Assembly (NCBI GenBank): GCA_044222475.1
Contig: JBGANF010000016.1
Span: forward strand, 23,302-87,301
Reading direction: 5' to 3'
Source: Polyangiaceae bacterium
Lineage (GTDB): Bacteria > Myxococcota_A > Polyangia > Polyangiales > Polyangiaceae
Length of the DNA: 64,000 nucleotides
This document shows positions 37,440 through 47,140 of the stretch, piece after piece. The translations under genes were made by a program, and so were the position numbers. How positions within the stretch are numbered: the stretch's first letter is position 1; every line of letters begins with the position of its first letter. The notes under the pieces were generated by a model that did not search any database, was not told the DNA's origin, and saw nothing but the letters and a program-made list of their open reading frames with translations.

Positions 37440-39181
37440 CGGATGCCTCGGCCGAGGACGCCCGACGCCCGGAGGTGAGCGGTCGCGAACGCCTCTTGGC
37501 GTGCCTGCTCGGGGCCGAGGGCAGGAATCCGCATCTTCGCCTGGTGGAGCAGGAAGCGCTCGGCCTGGGCGATCCCTTCGGCCGGCGCGAGGTCGAGCTC
37601 TTCGGCGACGATCTGACCGCACCGCGCAGCGCAGCGCATGCCACCGCACGCGCCGAGGCCGAGCCGCGTGCGCCGCGCGACGCCGGCGACGCTGCGCGCG
37701 AGCTCGTGCTTCACCGCGTGACGAACCTCGGCGGCGGTCACCGGCTCGCAGGGGCACACGACCTCTTGCCGGTCTCGCGCATCGGCTTGGCCGAGGATGT
37801 CGAGCGCGCGGGCGCCGTGGCGGTAGACGACGCGTCGGCCGGCGACCGGCGTGATCGAGAAGCGCTCGGCGAGTGCGACCGGATCGGGAACCTCGTCGCC
37901 TCCGGGCAGCACCTTCTCGTGCGTCGTGCACTTCGTGCTCGGCGCGAGGTCCTGCGCGATGCGGTTCGCCATCTCTTCGGAGAAGATCCGGTACGACGCG
38001 AGCTTGCCGCCGATCATCGAGTAGATGCCGGGCGCTCCGTCCTCGTCGTGGTCGATGATCTCGTGCTCGCGCGAGAGCGAGTCCTCGTGCGGACCGAATT
38101 GGTACAGCGTGGGGCGAACGCCGGCCCACGTGCCGATCGCTCGTGCTTCGCGTACCGCTGGGAACACGCGCGCGACGCCTTGGACGAGGTATCGAACCTC
38201 TTCGCTCGTCGAGACGACCTCGTCGAGGTCACCGTAGTAGTCGTCGTCGGTGGTGCCGATGACGCTCAGGTTCTGCCACGGCATCAGGAAGATCTGGCGG
38301 CCGTCGATCGTCTCGGCGGCGATGGCGTAGTTCGACAGCCGGCGGTCGAGCGCGATGTGGATGCCCTTGCCAGGGCGCACGCGGACCTTGCCGTTGGGGA
38401 GCCCCCCGAGCGACGCGGTGATCGGCGCCCATGCGCCGGTGGCGTTCACCACCACGCGTGCGGCGATGCGGTGCACGCGCCCGGTGTCCTGATCGGTCGC
38501 GGTGACGACGTACGCGGCCTCGCCGTGCTTCTTCTTCTTCGGCGCCGCGCCGTCCTTCGCCACCGAGGTCACCGTGGTGCGGACGTGGACCTTCGCGCCG
38601 TGCTCCATCGCGTCGAGCGCGTTGAGCACGCAGAGCCTGGCGCCGTCGACGCCCCACTCGTCGAAGGTGATGCCTCCGATCGCGCCGTCGCCGACGAGGC
38701 CCGGCTCGAGCGTGCGGAGCTCGTCCGGGGTGAGGCGGGTGTGAGGCTCACCGCGCTTGAGCGGCTGGTAGTCGTCGTACGCGCGAAAATACGCGTCGAT
38801 CAGCTCGAACATGATCCGCCCCTTCGCGCCGCCGCGAAGCTGCATGAGGAAGGGGATGCGGTGGAGCAGGAACGGCGCGATCTTCTGGATGTACCCGGAG
38901 TCGCGACACGACGACTCGGTGACGCTCGGGTTCGACTGGAGGTAACGCGGGCCGCCGTGGATCATCCCGCTCGAGTTGCCGCTGGCGCCGAACGCGAGAT
39001 CGTTGCGCTCGAAGAGCACGACGGACAAGCCGCGGAGCGCGAGATCGCGCGCGACGCCGCTGCCGTTGACGCCGCCGCCGATGACGACGACGTCGGTCTT
39101 CTCGGTCGGCTCGCTCCCCGAATGGACCGCCATCGCGCGGCGCATGGGGCGGAGGGTGGTAGGCGGGTCGTCGGCGGACAT
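37436..39181 (-). CDS. glpA: FAD-dependent glycerol-3-phosphate dehydrogenase with C-terminal BFD-like [2Fe-2S] motif
   Basis: VIGGGVNG, SGMIHGGPRY, VVNATGAW, GTTD, GGKL, CPCE...RTRLGLGACGGMRC. Start could be slightly downstream. Confidence 0.88.
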   Translation of the reverse strand: MSADDPPTTLRPMRRAMAVHSGSEPTEKTDVVVIGGGVNGSGVARDLALRGLSVVLFERNDLAFGASGNSSGMIHGGPRYLQSNPSVTESSCRDSGYIQKIAPFLLHRIPFLMQLRGGAKGRIMFELIDAYFRAYDDYQPLKRGEPHTRLTPDELRTLEPGLVGDGAIGGITFDEWGVDGARLCVLNALDAMEHGAKVHVRTTVTSVAKDGAAPKKKKHGEAAYVVTATDQDTGRVHRIAARVVVNATGAWAPITASLGGLPNGKVRVRPGKGIHIALDRRLSNYAIAAETIDGRQIFLMPWQNLSVIGTTDDDYYGDLDEVVSTSEEVRYLVQGVARVFPAVREARAIGTWAGVRPTLYQFGPHEDSLSREHEIIDHDEDGAPGIYSMIGGKLASYRIFSEEMANRIAQDLAPSTKCTTHEKVLPGGDEVPDPVALAERFSITPVAGRRVVYRHGARALDILGQADARDRQEVVCPCEPVTAAEVRHAVKHELARSVAGVARRTRLGLGACGGMRCAARCGQIVAEELDLAPAEGIAQAERFLLHQAKMRIPALGPEQARQEAFATAHLRASGVLGRGIR

Positions 39182-39291
39182 TGGCGCGAGGATCTAGCAC
39201 GAACGGTCACGATACGGAGCCCATGTCGGATGTTGCCCTCCTTGCGGCTCACGGATCGGCGTGCTGTGATTTCCGCGATGGGAGGTGGGCG

Positions 39292-42200
39292 ATGAGGGGA
39301 TTCGGCATCGTTGTTTTGGCGTGTGGCACGGCGGTTGCTGGGGGGGGCGTGAGCGGTTGTACCAATAAGGTACAAGAGACCACTGCCACCACGACGGGGG
39401 CCCTGACCGGTGCTGGCGTCACCCTCGACACCACGTCTCCCAAGAACGACACCGCGGTTTCGCTTCACAGGCCTCCTATCGGCGGGCCATTTCCCTATCC
39501 GCTGACGGGCCCGTTCGTGCAAGGGGGCGTCAGTCAGACGATCGCTTGCTCGGGAACGTTGATCAGTCCGACACTCGTCCTCACCGCAGCACACTGCGTG
39601 AATGGCTCGACGAGCCCTTCCAGCGGGCCAATGCCGGTCAACCAGTCCGTGGTGGTTGTCGGCAGCGACTACACGACCCTCGTTGTCGCCACACACCGGC
39701 CGATCGGCGCTGTTTCAGCGCGTCAGGGCCTGGTGACCCCATTGCAGACCGCCGATGACCTCGCGCTTCTGGTGCTGGCCGACTACGAGCTCGCGAACGC
39801 GTGGGCCTTTCGGCCGACGCTCGTACTTCCGGAGACGTCGAACCCGTCGTCATGTCCGACGGGCTCCGTGAACGGTTGCGTGGGCTTCTACGCCCAGACA
39901 CTCGGGGTCGCCGGGTTCTCCAATGCGCCAAACGTGTCCCTTCCGGTCACGACGCGACACGTCGTTCAGTCGACGGGCTTGGGTTTCTCGGCGCTCACCG
40001 CCGTAAACAATTTCGTCCAGTGGGGATATCCCACCTTGGCAAGCTGGATGATTACCGGCGGAGATTCGGGCGGCCCACTCTTCGTCGACCGCGCGGTCCC
40101 TGCGGGTCAGGGAGCGCCCGGTCAGACATTTCGCGACTCGATCGGCGTCAACTCGTCGTCGGCGGCCCCGGTGAGCACTTCTCGCTTCGCGAGCATCGTC
40201 CACGAGCCCAACAAGACCTGGCTGCTCCAGAACGTCCAGTACAAGACGAGCCCGCTCGCCGGACCGCCGCACTCCGCATACTGGTACACCCAGCACGACA
40301 AGACCGACGAGATGTGGGTCGGTGAGGTCGACTACATCGGCGCGTGCAAGAACGGAGGCAGCACGTCGTTGTGCACCGCTGGAGCGAACGGGGGCGTTGA
40401 CTGCGATTGCGACCATTGGTTCGACCACGGTTCGATTGTTCACGACAACTGCCCGAATACCTTCAATCCGGATCAGGCAGACGGACTTGAGTTCAGCGGA
40501 ACGCCGGGCACTGGCGACGCGTGCCGTATTTGCCGATTCGGCGATGCCGATGGAGACGGCATCTGCGATCCATGCGTTCCGGGCGATGTGGCGTGCACCA
40601 CAGCCTTCGGCGCGAACCCGTGGCGCGTCGACAACTGCGCAAGCGTCAAGAACACCGACCAACTGAATGGCAATCTGCTCGCCGAGAAGTCGAACCACCC
40701 CGACAAGATTTGGGGCGACGTCTGCGATCCGGTCCCCTACGCCGAACCGATCCCGCGCGACCGCGAGACCAACACGACATGCCACTCCGTCGCGGACGTC
40801 GTTCCGCCCAACCCGCCGGGGTCGACACACCTCGAGTGTGACGCCGACGTCATCGAGGACGATGTCGAAGGACGCACGGTGGGCTCGCACCCCGCGACCG
40901 CGACTTCGGTGCAAGCGATCAACGTGCTTGTCCCGGAGAGCCGCGAGCGGTTTTGCCAGGAGAAGCTGCCGCTCTTCAACTGCTCGGCTTCGAGCGTGAT
41001 CAACAACGACCAGCTCACCGCATTCGCCGATGAGAACTCAGAGCGTGGCGATGATCCAAGCCGACCCTGGCACCGCGTGACTACTCGCCCTTCCGGGCTG
41101 CCTCCTGGCTTCTCGCAGCGCGATCGGCTCCTCTCGAAGTGGACCTACGGCGTCACCCAACCCGTCGTTCGTTGGGATTTCGACACGGACTTTTCGTTCT
41201 GGACCGCGGACACGAACAACGTGAAGGTCCCGCTCGCGCCGAATTGCACGACGGCGAGCTGCCTCAATGGCTCCTACTGGTTCCGAACGCTTTCCCCGAT
41301 CGGCGACGGAACCGACCTCGCGAATGGCATCACGGTGGGGCTGCACGGCGACAACCTCGCCAATGCCTATGCCTCGATTCGACCGAGTGTCGGCGGGATC
41401 AAGTACTGCCCGATGCCGCCTAAGTTCTTTTCGACGCTCGGCCAGAAGCTCCAGGCGCCGAACGGACCGCAGGGCAAGCTCCCGATCATCGTCTGGCCAC
41501 CGGGCGAGACGTCGCTCCGCTTCGCCAACGGCCGCCACGAAGACGCCGACGTGCTCGTGACGACCGACCACCTCGCGCTTGGCGTGCTCCAGCCCAACGG
41601 AACCGCGATCGCCGCTGGGGGCGTCCCCGACTGCGGTGACTCCCCGGCGAGCGACGGTCTGATCCAGCTCGCGTTCGACCCCACTGTGGACTGGACCAAC
41701 GCCGTCGAGCCGACGCGCGCCATCGGTGGGGCGGTCGACGCGGTGGCCATCGCAGGGGATGGGACGAGCCTCCGCGGGACGGCGAGTCTCACGGCGACCG
41801 GAATGACGAGCGCCCTCATCGACTGCGCCGCCCTCGGGACGTGCAGCTCGACCGGGCCGTCCGCGCGCACGGGTCACAGTGCGTCCTACGTTCGCGCGCT
41901 CGACGGGGTTCTCGTCGCGGGTGGCGAGACGAACGGTCTGGCGAACCACGACGTGTGGCTGCTCCCGCTCGCGGGCCCGCCGGTCGACGTGACACCGACG
42001 ACGCTCCACGCGACCGCGTGCGGGTCGTGCGGCTCAGAGGTGAAGCCCATCGGAACCATCCGGGCGGTGACCTATTCGTTCGCCGACCAGAAGCTGTGGA
42101 TGCTCGATGATGTCGCCTATGGAAAGTCGACGTTCGTACGGCTCTCGCGGGCGTCGCTCCGAGGATCACTGGAGGTTCTCGCGCTCTTCCCGAAGCTCGG

Positions 42201-42483
42201 CTTCTTCGACCGCTCGTGGCTCACGCTCGATCGCGATGGCGCAGTTCTCGCGACGCTCGCGCGGTCGGCGAACCCCGGTTGGGTGACGGCGCGCCTGGAG
42301 GTGGACGGGCCATCACTTCGCGTGACGGGGCTGCTACGCATTCCGGGGACGCAGCTCCTCGCGCCGCCGATCACGTCGGCGAAGAGCTATTCCTTCGTCG
42401 TGAAGCGCGGCAACGCGATCGCCCTCGAGCGGAGAAGCGACGCGACCAAAGTTCCGCCCGGTCCGTTTCACGAAGGACTGTAG
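39292..42483 (+). CDS. Large secreted trypsin-like (S1) serine protease with thrombospondin type 3-like Ca-binding repeats
   Basis: GGAGG RBS; CSGTLI, LTAAHC, DDLAL, GGDSGGP; DNCP..NPDQAD, DADGDGICD, DNC, GDVCD. Confidence 0.85.
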   Translation: MRGFGIVVLACGTAVAGGGVSGCTNKVQETTATTTGALTGAGVTLDTTSPKNDTAVSLHRPPIGGPFPYPLTGPFVQGGVSQTIACSGTLISPTLVLTAAHCVNGSTSPSSGPMPVNQSVVVVGSDYTTLVVATHRPIGAVSARQGLVTPLQTADDLALLVLADYELANAWAFRPTLVLPETSNPSSCPTGSVNGCVGFYAQTLGVAGFSNAPNVSLPVTTRHVVQSTGLGFSALTAVNNFVQWGYPTLASWMITGGDSGGPLFVDRAVPAGQGAPGQTFRDSIGVNSSSAAPVSTSRFASIVHEPNKTWLLQNVQYKTSPLAGPPHSAYWYTQHDKTDEMWVGEVDYIGACKNGGSTSLCTAGANGGVDCDCDHWFDHGSIVHDNCPNTFNPDQADGLEFSGTPGTGDACRICRFGDADGDGICDPCVPGDVACTTAFGANPWRVDNCASVKNTDQLNGNLLAEKSNHPDKIWGDVCDPVPYAEPIPRDRETNTTCHSVADVVPPNPPGSTHLECDADVIEDDVEGRTVGSHPATATSVQAINVLVPESRERFCQEKLPLFNCSASSVINNDQLTAFADENSERGDDPSRPWHRVTTRPSGLPPGFSQRDRLLSKWTYGVTQPVVRWDFDTDFSFWTADTNNVKVPLAPNCTTASCLNGSYWFRTLSPIGDGTDLANGITVGLHGDNLANAYASIRPSVGGIKYCPMPPKFFSTLGQKLQAPNGPQGKLPIIVWPPGETSLRFANGRHEDADVLVTTDHLALGVLQPNGTAIAAGGVPDCGDSPASDGLIQLAFDPTVDWTNAVEPTRAIGGAVDAVAIAGDGTSLRGTASLTATGMTSALIDCAALGTCSSTGPSARTGHSASYVRALDGVLVAGGETNGLANHDVWLLPLAGPPVDVTPTTLHATACGSCGSEVKPIGTIRAVTYSFADQKLWMLDDVAYGKSTFVRLSRASLRGSLEVLALFPKLGFFDRSWLTLDRDGAVLATLARSANPGWVTARLEVDGPSLRVTGLLRIPGTQLLAPPITSAKSYSFVVKRGNAIALERRSDATKVPPGPFHEGL

Positions 42484-42486
42484 GCC

Positions 42487-43821
42487 ATGCGAGGCTTGCG
42501 CTGGTCGATCCTCCTCGTGCTGGGCACGGGGTGCTCGGGGTGCTCCCCGAGCACCCCCGTTGGGCCCAGCGATGCGTCGAGCGATGTCGATGCGGGTGCC
42601 TGGGATGCCAAGGAAGAACCGAAGCCTTGCACACCCAAGCCGAGGCCGAGCTTCGTGCCGGCGGGCTGGCGCCCGCTCGACGAATACCGCCCGTGCTCCG
42701 GCCTGTACGTGCCGACGAAGGTCGACGAGCTGCCTGCTCCGCCCGTCTGGGAGAGCTGCGGAGCCGACGTCGACCCGCCGATCGCCGGCTGCGAGCGCAT
42801 CTCGGTCGATCCCGCGAGCAAGGGGTACATCGGATCGACCGACGCATCGCTGGATCCAGGCGGAGATGTCCACGTCCTTTTCAGTCGCGAGTACGCGGAC
42901 CGTCAGCTTCTTCTCGTCGCGAGTGCGAAGGGCCAGGTCTACTCCGCGCTGATGGTCGCGCAACCGAAGGACTACGGCGTCGCCGCTGCGCTTCTTCAGA
43001 GCATCTACGCTCCTCGATGGGTCCTCGACGTCGTCGACATGACGACCAAGAAGCTCGATGGTTTCGTCGCCGGCACGTTCGGAAGCGTGGTCCCGACCGT
43101 CACCCACACTTTCGTGTCGAACAACAGTCCGCTCGACCGAGGGCTCGTGGTGGGGCTTCCGGGCATCCTCCTCTTGGAGAACAACGCAAGCCTGAAGCTC
43201 CTCGATTTCGACGATCCATCGAAGGCGCTCGCCGACGTGATCACGCCGACGCAAAGCAACGGCATCTCGAATTCGTTCGTCATGTTCCACGGGAGCTCGC
43301 TCTTTTGGTTCGGCAACGCTGGCCGTCTCGCCATTCAGCGTCGTTGGGACTCGGACACGGGCCCAGTCGACTTCATCAACTACAACGATCCAAATCACGG
43401 CGCGGGGGATCTCGGGACAGACGGCAAGGACATGGTGTGGGTCGAATCTCACGGTCCGAAAATCAGCAACGCATCGTGGACAACCGCCGACTACTGGACT
43501 TCGCCCTACGTGAAGGACAAGAAGGACCTGAAGCCCCGAAGGCTCCGCTCGGAGATTCCGAATGTACTTTACGGGGCCCATGTGAAGGTCGGGTGCGGCC
43601 GCGCGGCGCTCAACACCGGAGGCGGCGGCTTGAGGCTCGTCAATCTGTCCGATGGCTCGTCATGGTTTCTGCCGGACTCCAAGAAAACTGGCTGGGGCTG
43701 GGTCGAGCCGCTCCAACTCACCTGCGAGCACCTGTACGCTCGGGTTGGTTACGGAGGGCCCACCGTGACGATCGCGCGCTTCCCCTTCGCCAGCCTCGGC
43801 TCCGCCGATCCCCCAGACTAG
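42487..43821 (+). CDS. Hypothetical lipoprotein
   Basis: Signal LLVLGTGC; 3 nt after the protease stop. Confidence 0.75.
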   Translation: MRGLRWSILLVLGTGCSGCSPSTPVGPSDASSDVDAGAWDAKEEPKPCTPKPRPSFVPAGWRPLDEYRPCSGLYVPTKVDELPAPPVWESCGADVDPPIAGCERISVDPASKGYIGSTDASLDPGGDVHVLFSREYADRQLLLVASAKGQVYSALMVAQPKDYGVAAALLQSIYAPRWVLDVVDMTTKKLDGFVAGTFGSVVPTVTHTFVSNNSPLDRGLVVGLPGILLLENNASLKLLDFDDPSKALADVITPTQSNGISNSFVMFHGSSLFWFGNAGRLAIQRRWDSDTGPVDFINYNDPNHGAGDLGTDGKDMVWVESHGPKISNASWTTADYWTSPYVKDKKDLKPRRLRSEIPNVLYGAHVKVGCGRAALNTGGGGLRLVNLSDGSSWFLPDSKKTGWGWVEPLQLTCEHLYARVGYGGPTVTIARFPFASLGSADPPD

Positions 43822-43825
43822 ACCC

Positions 43826-45112
43826 ATGGGCAGCCGCTTCCACCGTGTCGCGCGAGTGAGCATCGTCGCGGCCATTGGGTGCTCGACCGGCAACCCACCA
43901 CCTGGCGCTGGCAAGGTCTCATCCGTGACCGAGTGGCCACTCGAGGTGCACCTCAAAGCGGTCGTGGTCTCGCAAGGGGTCACGTATGTCGCCGGGCAGT
44001 ACTCATCGCCGACTGCGGTCGAGCTTCCCGGTGGTCTGAGCCTTCCTCCGTCGACCGACTCCGACGGCTTCGTCGCTCGGATGAACGGAACGAGCGTCGC
44101 TGCGGCGGTCGTGGTGTCTGGCTCTGGTAGGGAATCGGTCGATGACCTCGCAGTGGACCCCATCGCCGGCGTCATCGTGGCAGCGACGTCCACCGACTCG
44201 GGCGCCGTGATGGCCTTCGGGCAGACCGTCACCGGCCCGGCCGGCAAGCTCATCGTGGCGCACCTCGATCCCGATCTCACACCGACCTCGACATCGAGCA
44301 CCTCGAGCTCCGACGCGCGCGTGTCGGACGCACGTGTTGCGTCGACAAGCGCCGGCGAGCTGATTGTCGGCTGCACCGTCATCGGAGGCCCCGGAGGGAC
44401 GAGCTTCGCTGGAATTGCGGTGGCATCGAAGGTCATCGTGCCGTTCCTTCGCTTCAGGCCAGACGGCACGTTGCGCTGGGCGAAGGCGCTCGGGGGATAC
44501 GATGGCACCGTCGCGATCGCGGAGGATGGCGCCGTGACCGCCTCGGTGTGGAACGCAGGCGCGATCGGCACGAACGATTTTGGCATCGTCGATACCGCGA
44601 AGCCCGACGTGCCTAGGCTCGTGATCGTTCATGCCGACCCGGACGGTGCGCCCGCTTGGTCGCAGGTTTGGCTGAGTCGTCTTACGAACGGTACGCGCGG
44701 ATCCGTGGCGGCGTCGAGAGATGGAACTCAAGTGGCGGTTGTTGGTGCAGTTGGAAGCGAGCTCGCGACGGGCTTCGCGAATTGGACCATACCGCACTTC
44801 GACGACGAGGACCGTCTCTGGTCGACTCTCGTCGTCGACACCCTCGCCACGTCCGTATGGGCCGTCGCCGTCGATCCGAAACGCGCCGATTCGGCGCTCG
44901 TGCGGATCAGCGCTGACGGTGCGAGGCTCGAAGTGCTCTCACTCGTCTACGCTCCTTCCGTCGGCCACTACACCGCGGTAGCCGTCGAGCCACACAAGGT
45001 CGTTGCTGTTGGGTCTTGGTACGGCGTAGCCGATTGGGGCGATGGCGTCGAACGCGTCGGCGGCGTGACGACGGCGCGCTCCATCAGTCTCGAGTGGCGC
45101 TCCGGGCCTTGA
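43826..45112 (+). CDS. Hypothetical beta-rich lipoprotein
   Basis: Signal AAIGC; YVAGQY, DGFVARM, DGTLRWAK (propeller-like motifs). Confidence 0.7.
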   Translation: MGSRFHRVARVSIVAAIGCSTGNPPPGAGKVSSVTEWPLEVHLKAVVVSQGVTYVAGQYSSPTAVELPGGLSLPPSTDSDGFVARMNGTSVAAAVVVSGSGRESVDDLAVDPIAGVIVAATSTDSGAVMAFGQTVTGPAGKLIVAHLDPDLTPTSTSSTSSSDARVSDARVASTSAGELIVGCTVIGGPGGTSFAGIAVASKVIVPFLRFRPDGTLRWAKALGGYDGTVAIAEDGAVTASVWNAGAIGTNDFGIVDTAKPDVPRLVIVHADPDGAPAWSQVWLSRLTNGTRGSVAASRDGTQVAVVGAVGSELATGFANWTIPHFDDEDRLWSTLVVDTLATSVWAVAVDPKRADSALVRISADGARLEVLSLVYAPSVGHYTAVAVEPHKVVAVGSWYGVADWGDGVERVGGVTTARSISLEWRSGP

Positions 45113-45119
45113 GACCGAG

Positions 45120-46148
45120 TCAGAGGAGCCGGCGCAGCCAGGTCTCGGGGGTGCGCTCGTTCATGATCTCGAGCTCGACGTGGTACTTGAACGGCCGCGG
45201 CCCGCGGGCGCGGATGAAGGCGATCATCTCGGCCAGGCCCTGATCGAGGGTGTGCTTCGTCTGGTACCCGAGGCGCGCGCGGGCGCGGTCGGCCGAGCAG
45301 GTCGCGAGGTGGACCTCCTGTGGGCGCGCGGGCACGAACGTGGGCTTCAGATCGAACTTCAGCTGCGCGGCGATGCGCTGCGCGAGCTCGAGGACGCTGA
45401 CGAACTCTTCGTCGGGGCCGACGTTGAAGATCTCGCCGTCGACGTCGGGATCGAGCGCGAGGCGTGCGAGGCACGACACGACGTCTTGCACGAAGCTGAA
45501 GCAGCGCTTCTGCGAGCCGTCGCCGTAGATGTACGGCTGGCGGCCTTGGAGCATCAGGTTGATCATGATGCTCGCGACGTTGCGGTACGGGTCGTCGTAC
45601 TTTTGCCGCGGGCCGATGATGTTGTGCGGCACCGCGATGACGTGCTCGAGGCCGTGGGTCTGGCACAGGTTGCGGACGAGCTGCTCGGCCGCGAGCTTGC
45701 CGATGCCGTACGGATCCTGCGGCTTGGGTTCCATCGTCTCGAGGAAGGGGACCGCCTGCGATCCGTAGCGCGCCATCGACGAGCACAGGACGATGCGCCG
45801 CACGCGGCTCTGCACCGCGGCGCTCGTGATGCCGACCGTCGCACCGACCACGTGCTGCGTCACGAGGTGGGGCGCGAACACCGAGATGCCTTCGTAGGGC
45901 GTCGCCGCCGCGTGATAGACGACGTCGACGCCTTCGAGGAGCGGCGTGAGCTTCGCCACGTCGTTGCAGTCGACGCGATGGAACTCGACCGCGGAGGGCA
46001 CGTTCTCCATCTCGCCGCCGAACAGGTTGTCGCACCCGACGACGCGGTGGCCGCGCTCGAGGAAGTAGTCGGCGACGTGGCTACCGAGGAAGCCGGCGAC
46101 CCCCGAAACGAACACCGTCTTTGCAGCCGAAGGAGAGGATCGCGGCAA
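45120..46148 (-). CDS. NAD-dependent epimerase/dehydratase
   Basis: VSGVAGFLG, YHAAA, CSS, PYGIGK, YGDGSQKR. Confidence 0.93.
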   Translation of the reverse strand: MPRSSPSAAKTVFVSGVAGFLGSHVADYFLERGHRVVGCDNLFGGEMENVPSAVEFHRVDCNDVAKLTPLLEGVDVVYHAAATPYEGISVFAPHLVTQHVVGATVGITSAAVQSRVRRIVLCSSMARYGSQAVPFLETMEPKPQDPYGIGKLAAEQLVRNLCQTHGLEHVIAVPHNIIGPRQKYDDPYRNVASIMINLMLQGRQPYIYGDGSQKRCFSFVQDVVSCLARLALDPDVDGEIFNVGPDEEFVSVLELAQRIAAQLKFDLKPTFVPARPQEVHLATCSADRARARLGYQTKHTLDQGLAEMIAFIRARGPRPFKYHVELEIMNERTPETWLRRLL

Positions 46149-46221
46149 GGGCTCTACTCAACGTAGCACTACGTTGGCCAGCCGGATATCTTCCCCCGCG
46201 CATGATGTTCAGGCGGAAGCG

Positions 46222-47013
46222 ATGTTGAATGAGAAGAGGGTCGTCGTCGTCTTACCGGGATTTCGCGTAGGGCGGACCCTCGGGCGAACCCTCGACGCGC
46301 TGCCGCCGGGCGTCGCCGACGCGTGCATCTACGTCGACGACGGCAGCGACGACGACAGCGTCGAGGTCGCGAAGCGGCACGGTGCGATCGTGTTCGCGCA
46401 CGGTCGAAACCTCGGCTACGGCGCGGTCCAGAAGACCGGGTACCGCGAAGCGCTCGCGATGGGCGCCGACGTGGTCGTCATGGTGCACGGCGACTTTCAG
46501 TACAAGCCGGAGCTCATGCCGGCGGTCGCGAGCATGGTGGCCTACGGCGGGTACGATCTCGTGCTCGGCTCACGCATGCTCGTGCGCGGCGCGCTGCGCG
46601 GCGGGATGCCGGTGTGGAAGTTCGTGGCGAACAAGGCGCTCACCGGGTTCGAAAACGCGATCACGCAGGCCGGGCTCTCCGAGTACCACACCGGCTACCG
46701 CGGCTTCTCGCGCCACGCGCTCGAGACGCTGCCCTTGGCCGAGAACCGCAACGATTTCGTCTTCGACAACGAGACGCTCGCGCAGGCGATCCACTTCGGC
46801 CTCTCGATCGGCGAGCTGTCGTGTCCGGCGCACTACTTCGACGAGATGTCGACGATCCACTTTCGCGCCGGCGTGCGCTACGGGCTCGGCGTGTTGAGGA
46901 CGGCGGCCGGGTTCTGGCTCGAGAAGCGAAACCTGCCGCACGCGCAGTCGCGCATCTATCGGCGCGATGGCGCGGGGCTCGCGACGTGGACCGAGGGCCG
47001 TCGCGTGGACTGA
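46222..47013 (+). CDS. GT2 glycosyltransferase (polyprenol-phosphate/DPM1-like)
   Basis: VDDGSDD, NLGYG, HGDFQY, GSR, HTGYRGF. Confidence 0.9.
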   Translation: MLNEKRVVVVLPGFRVGRTLGRTLDALPPGVADACIYVDDGSDDDSVEVAKRHGAIVFAHGRNLGYGAVQKTGYREALAMGADVVVMVHGDFQYKPELMPAVASMVAYGGYDLVLGSRMLVRGALRGGMPVWKFVANKALTGFENAITQAGLSEYHTGYRGFSRHALETLPLAENRNDFVFDNETLAQAIHFGLSIGELSCPAHYFDEMSTIHFRAGVRYGLGVLRTAAGFWLEKRNLPHAQSRIYRRDGAGLATWTEGRRVD

Positions 47014-47018
47014 GCAGA

Positions 47019-47131
47019 AGGACCGCAAGGACGAGGAGAGCGCAAGGACACGAGGAAGAAGAAGGTTTGCACCGTCGACCAACCCCTCACTCTCCTTTGC
47101 GCCCTAGCGTTCTCCTCGTCCTTGCGGTCCT
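47019..47131. repeat. Long intergenic inverted repeat (REP-like) between convergent genes
   Basis: 29-bp arms 47019-47047 and 47103-47131 with 2 mismatches (21 bp perfect). Confidence 0.8.
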
Positions 47132-47140
47132 CTCCGCCTC

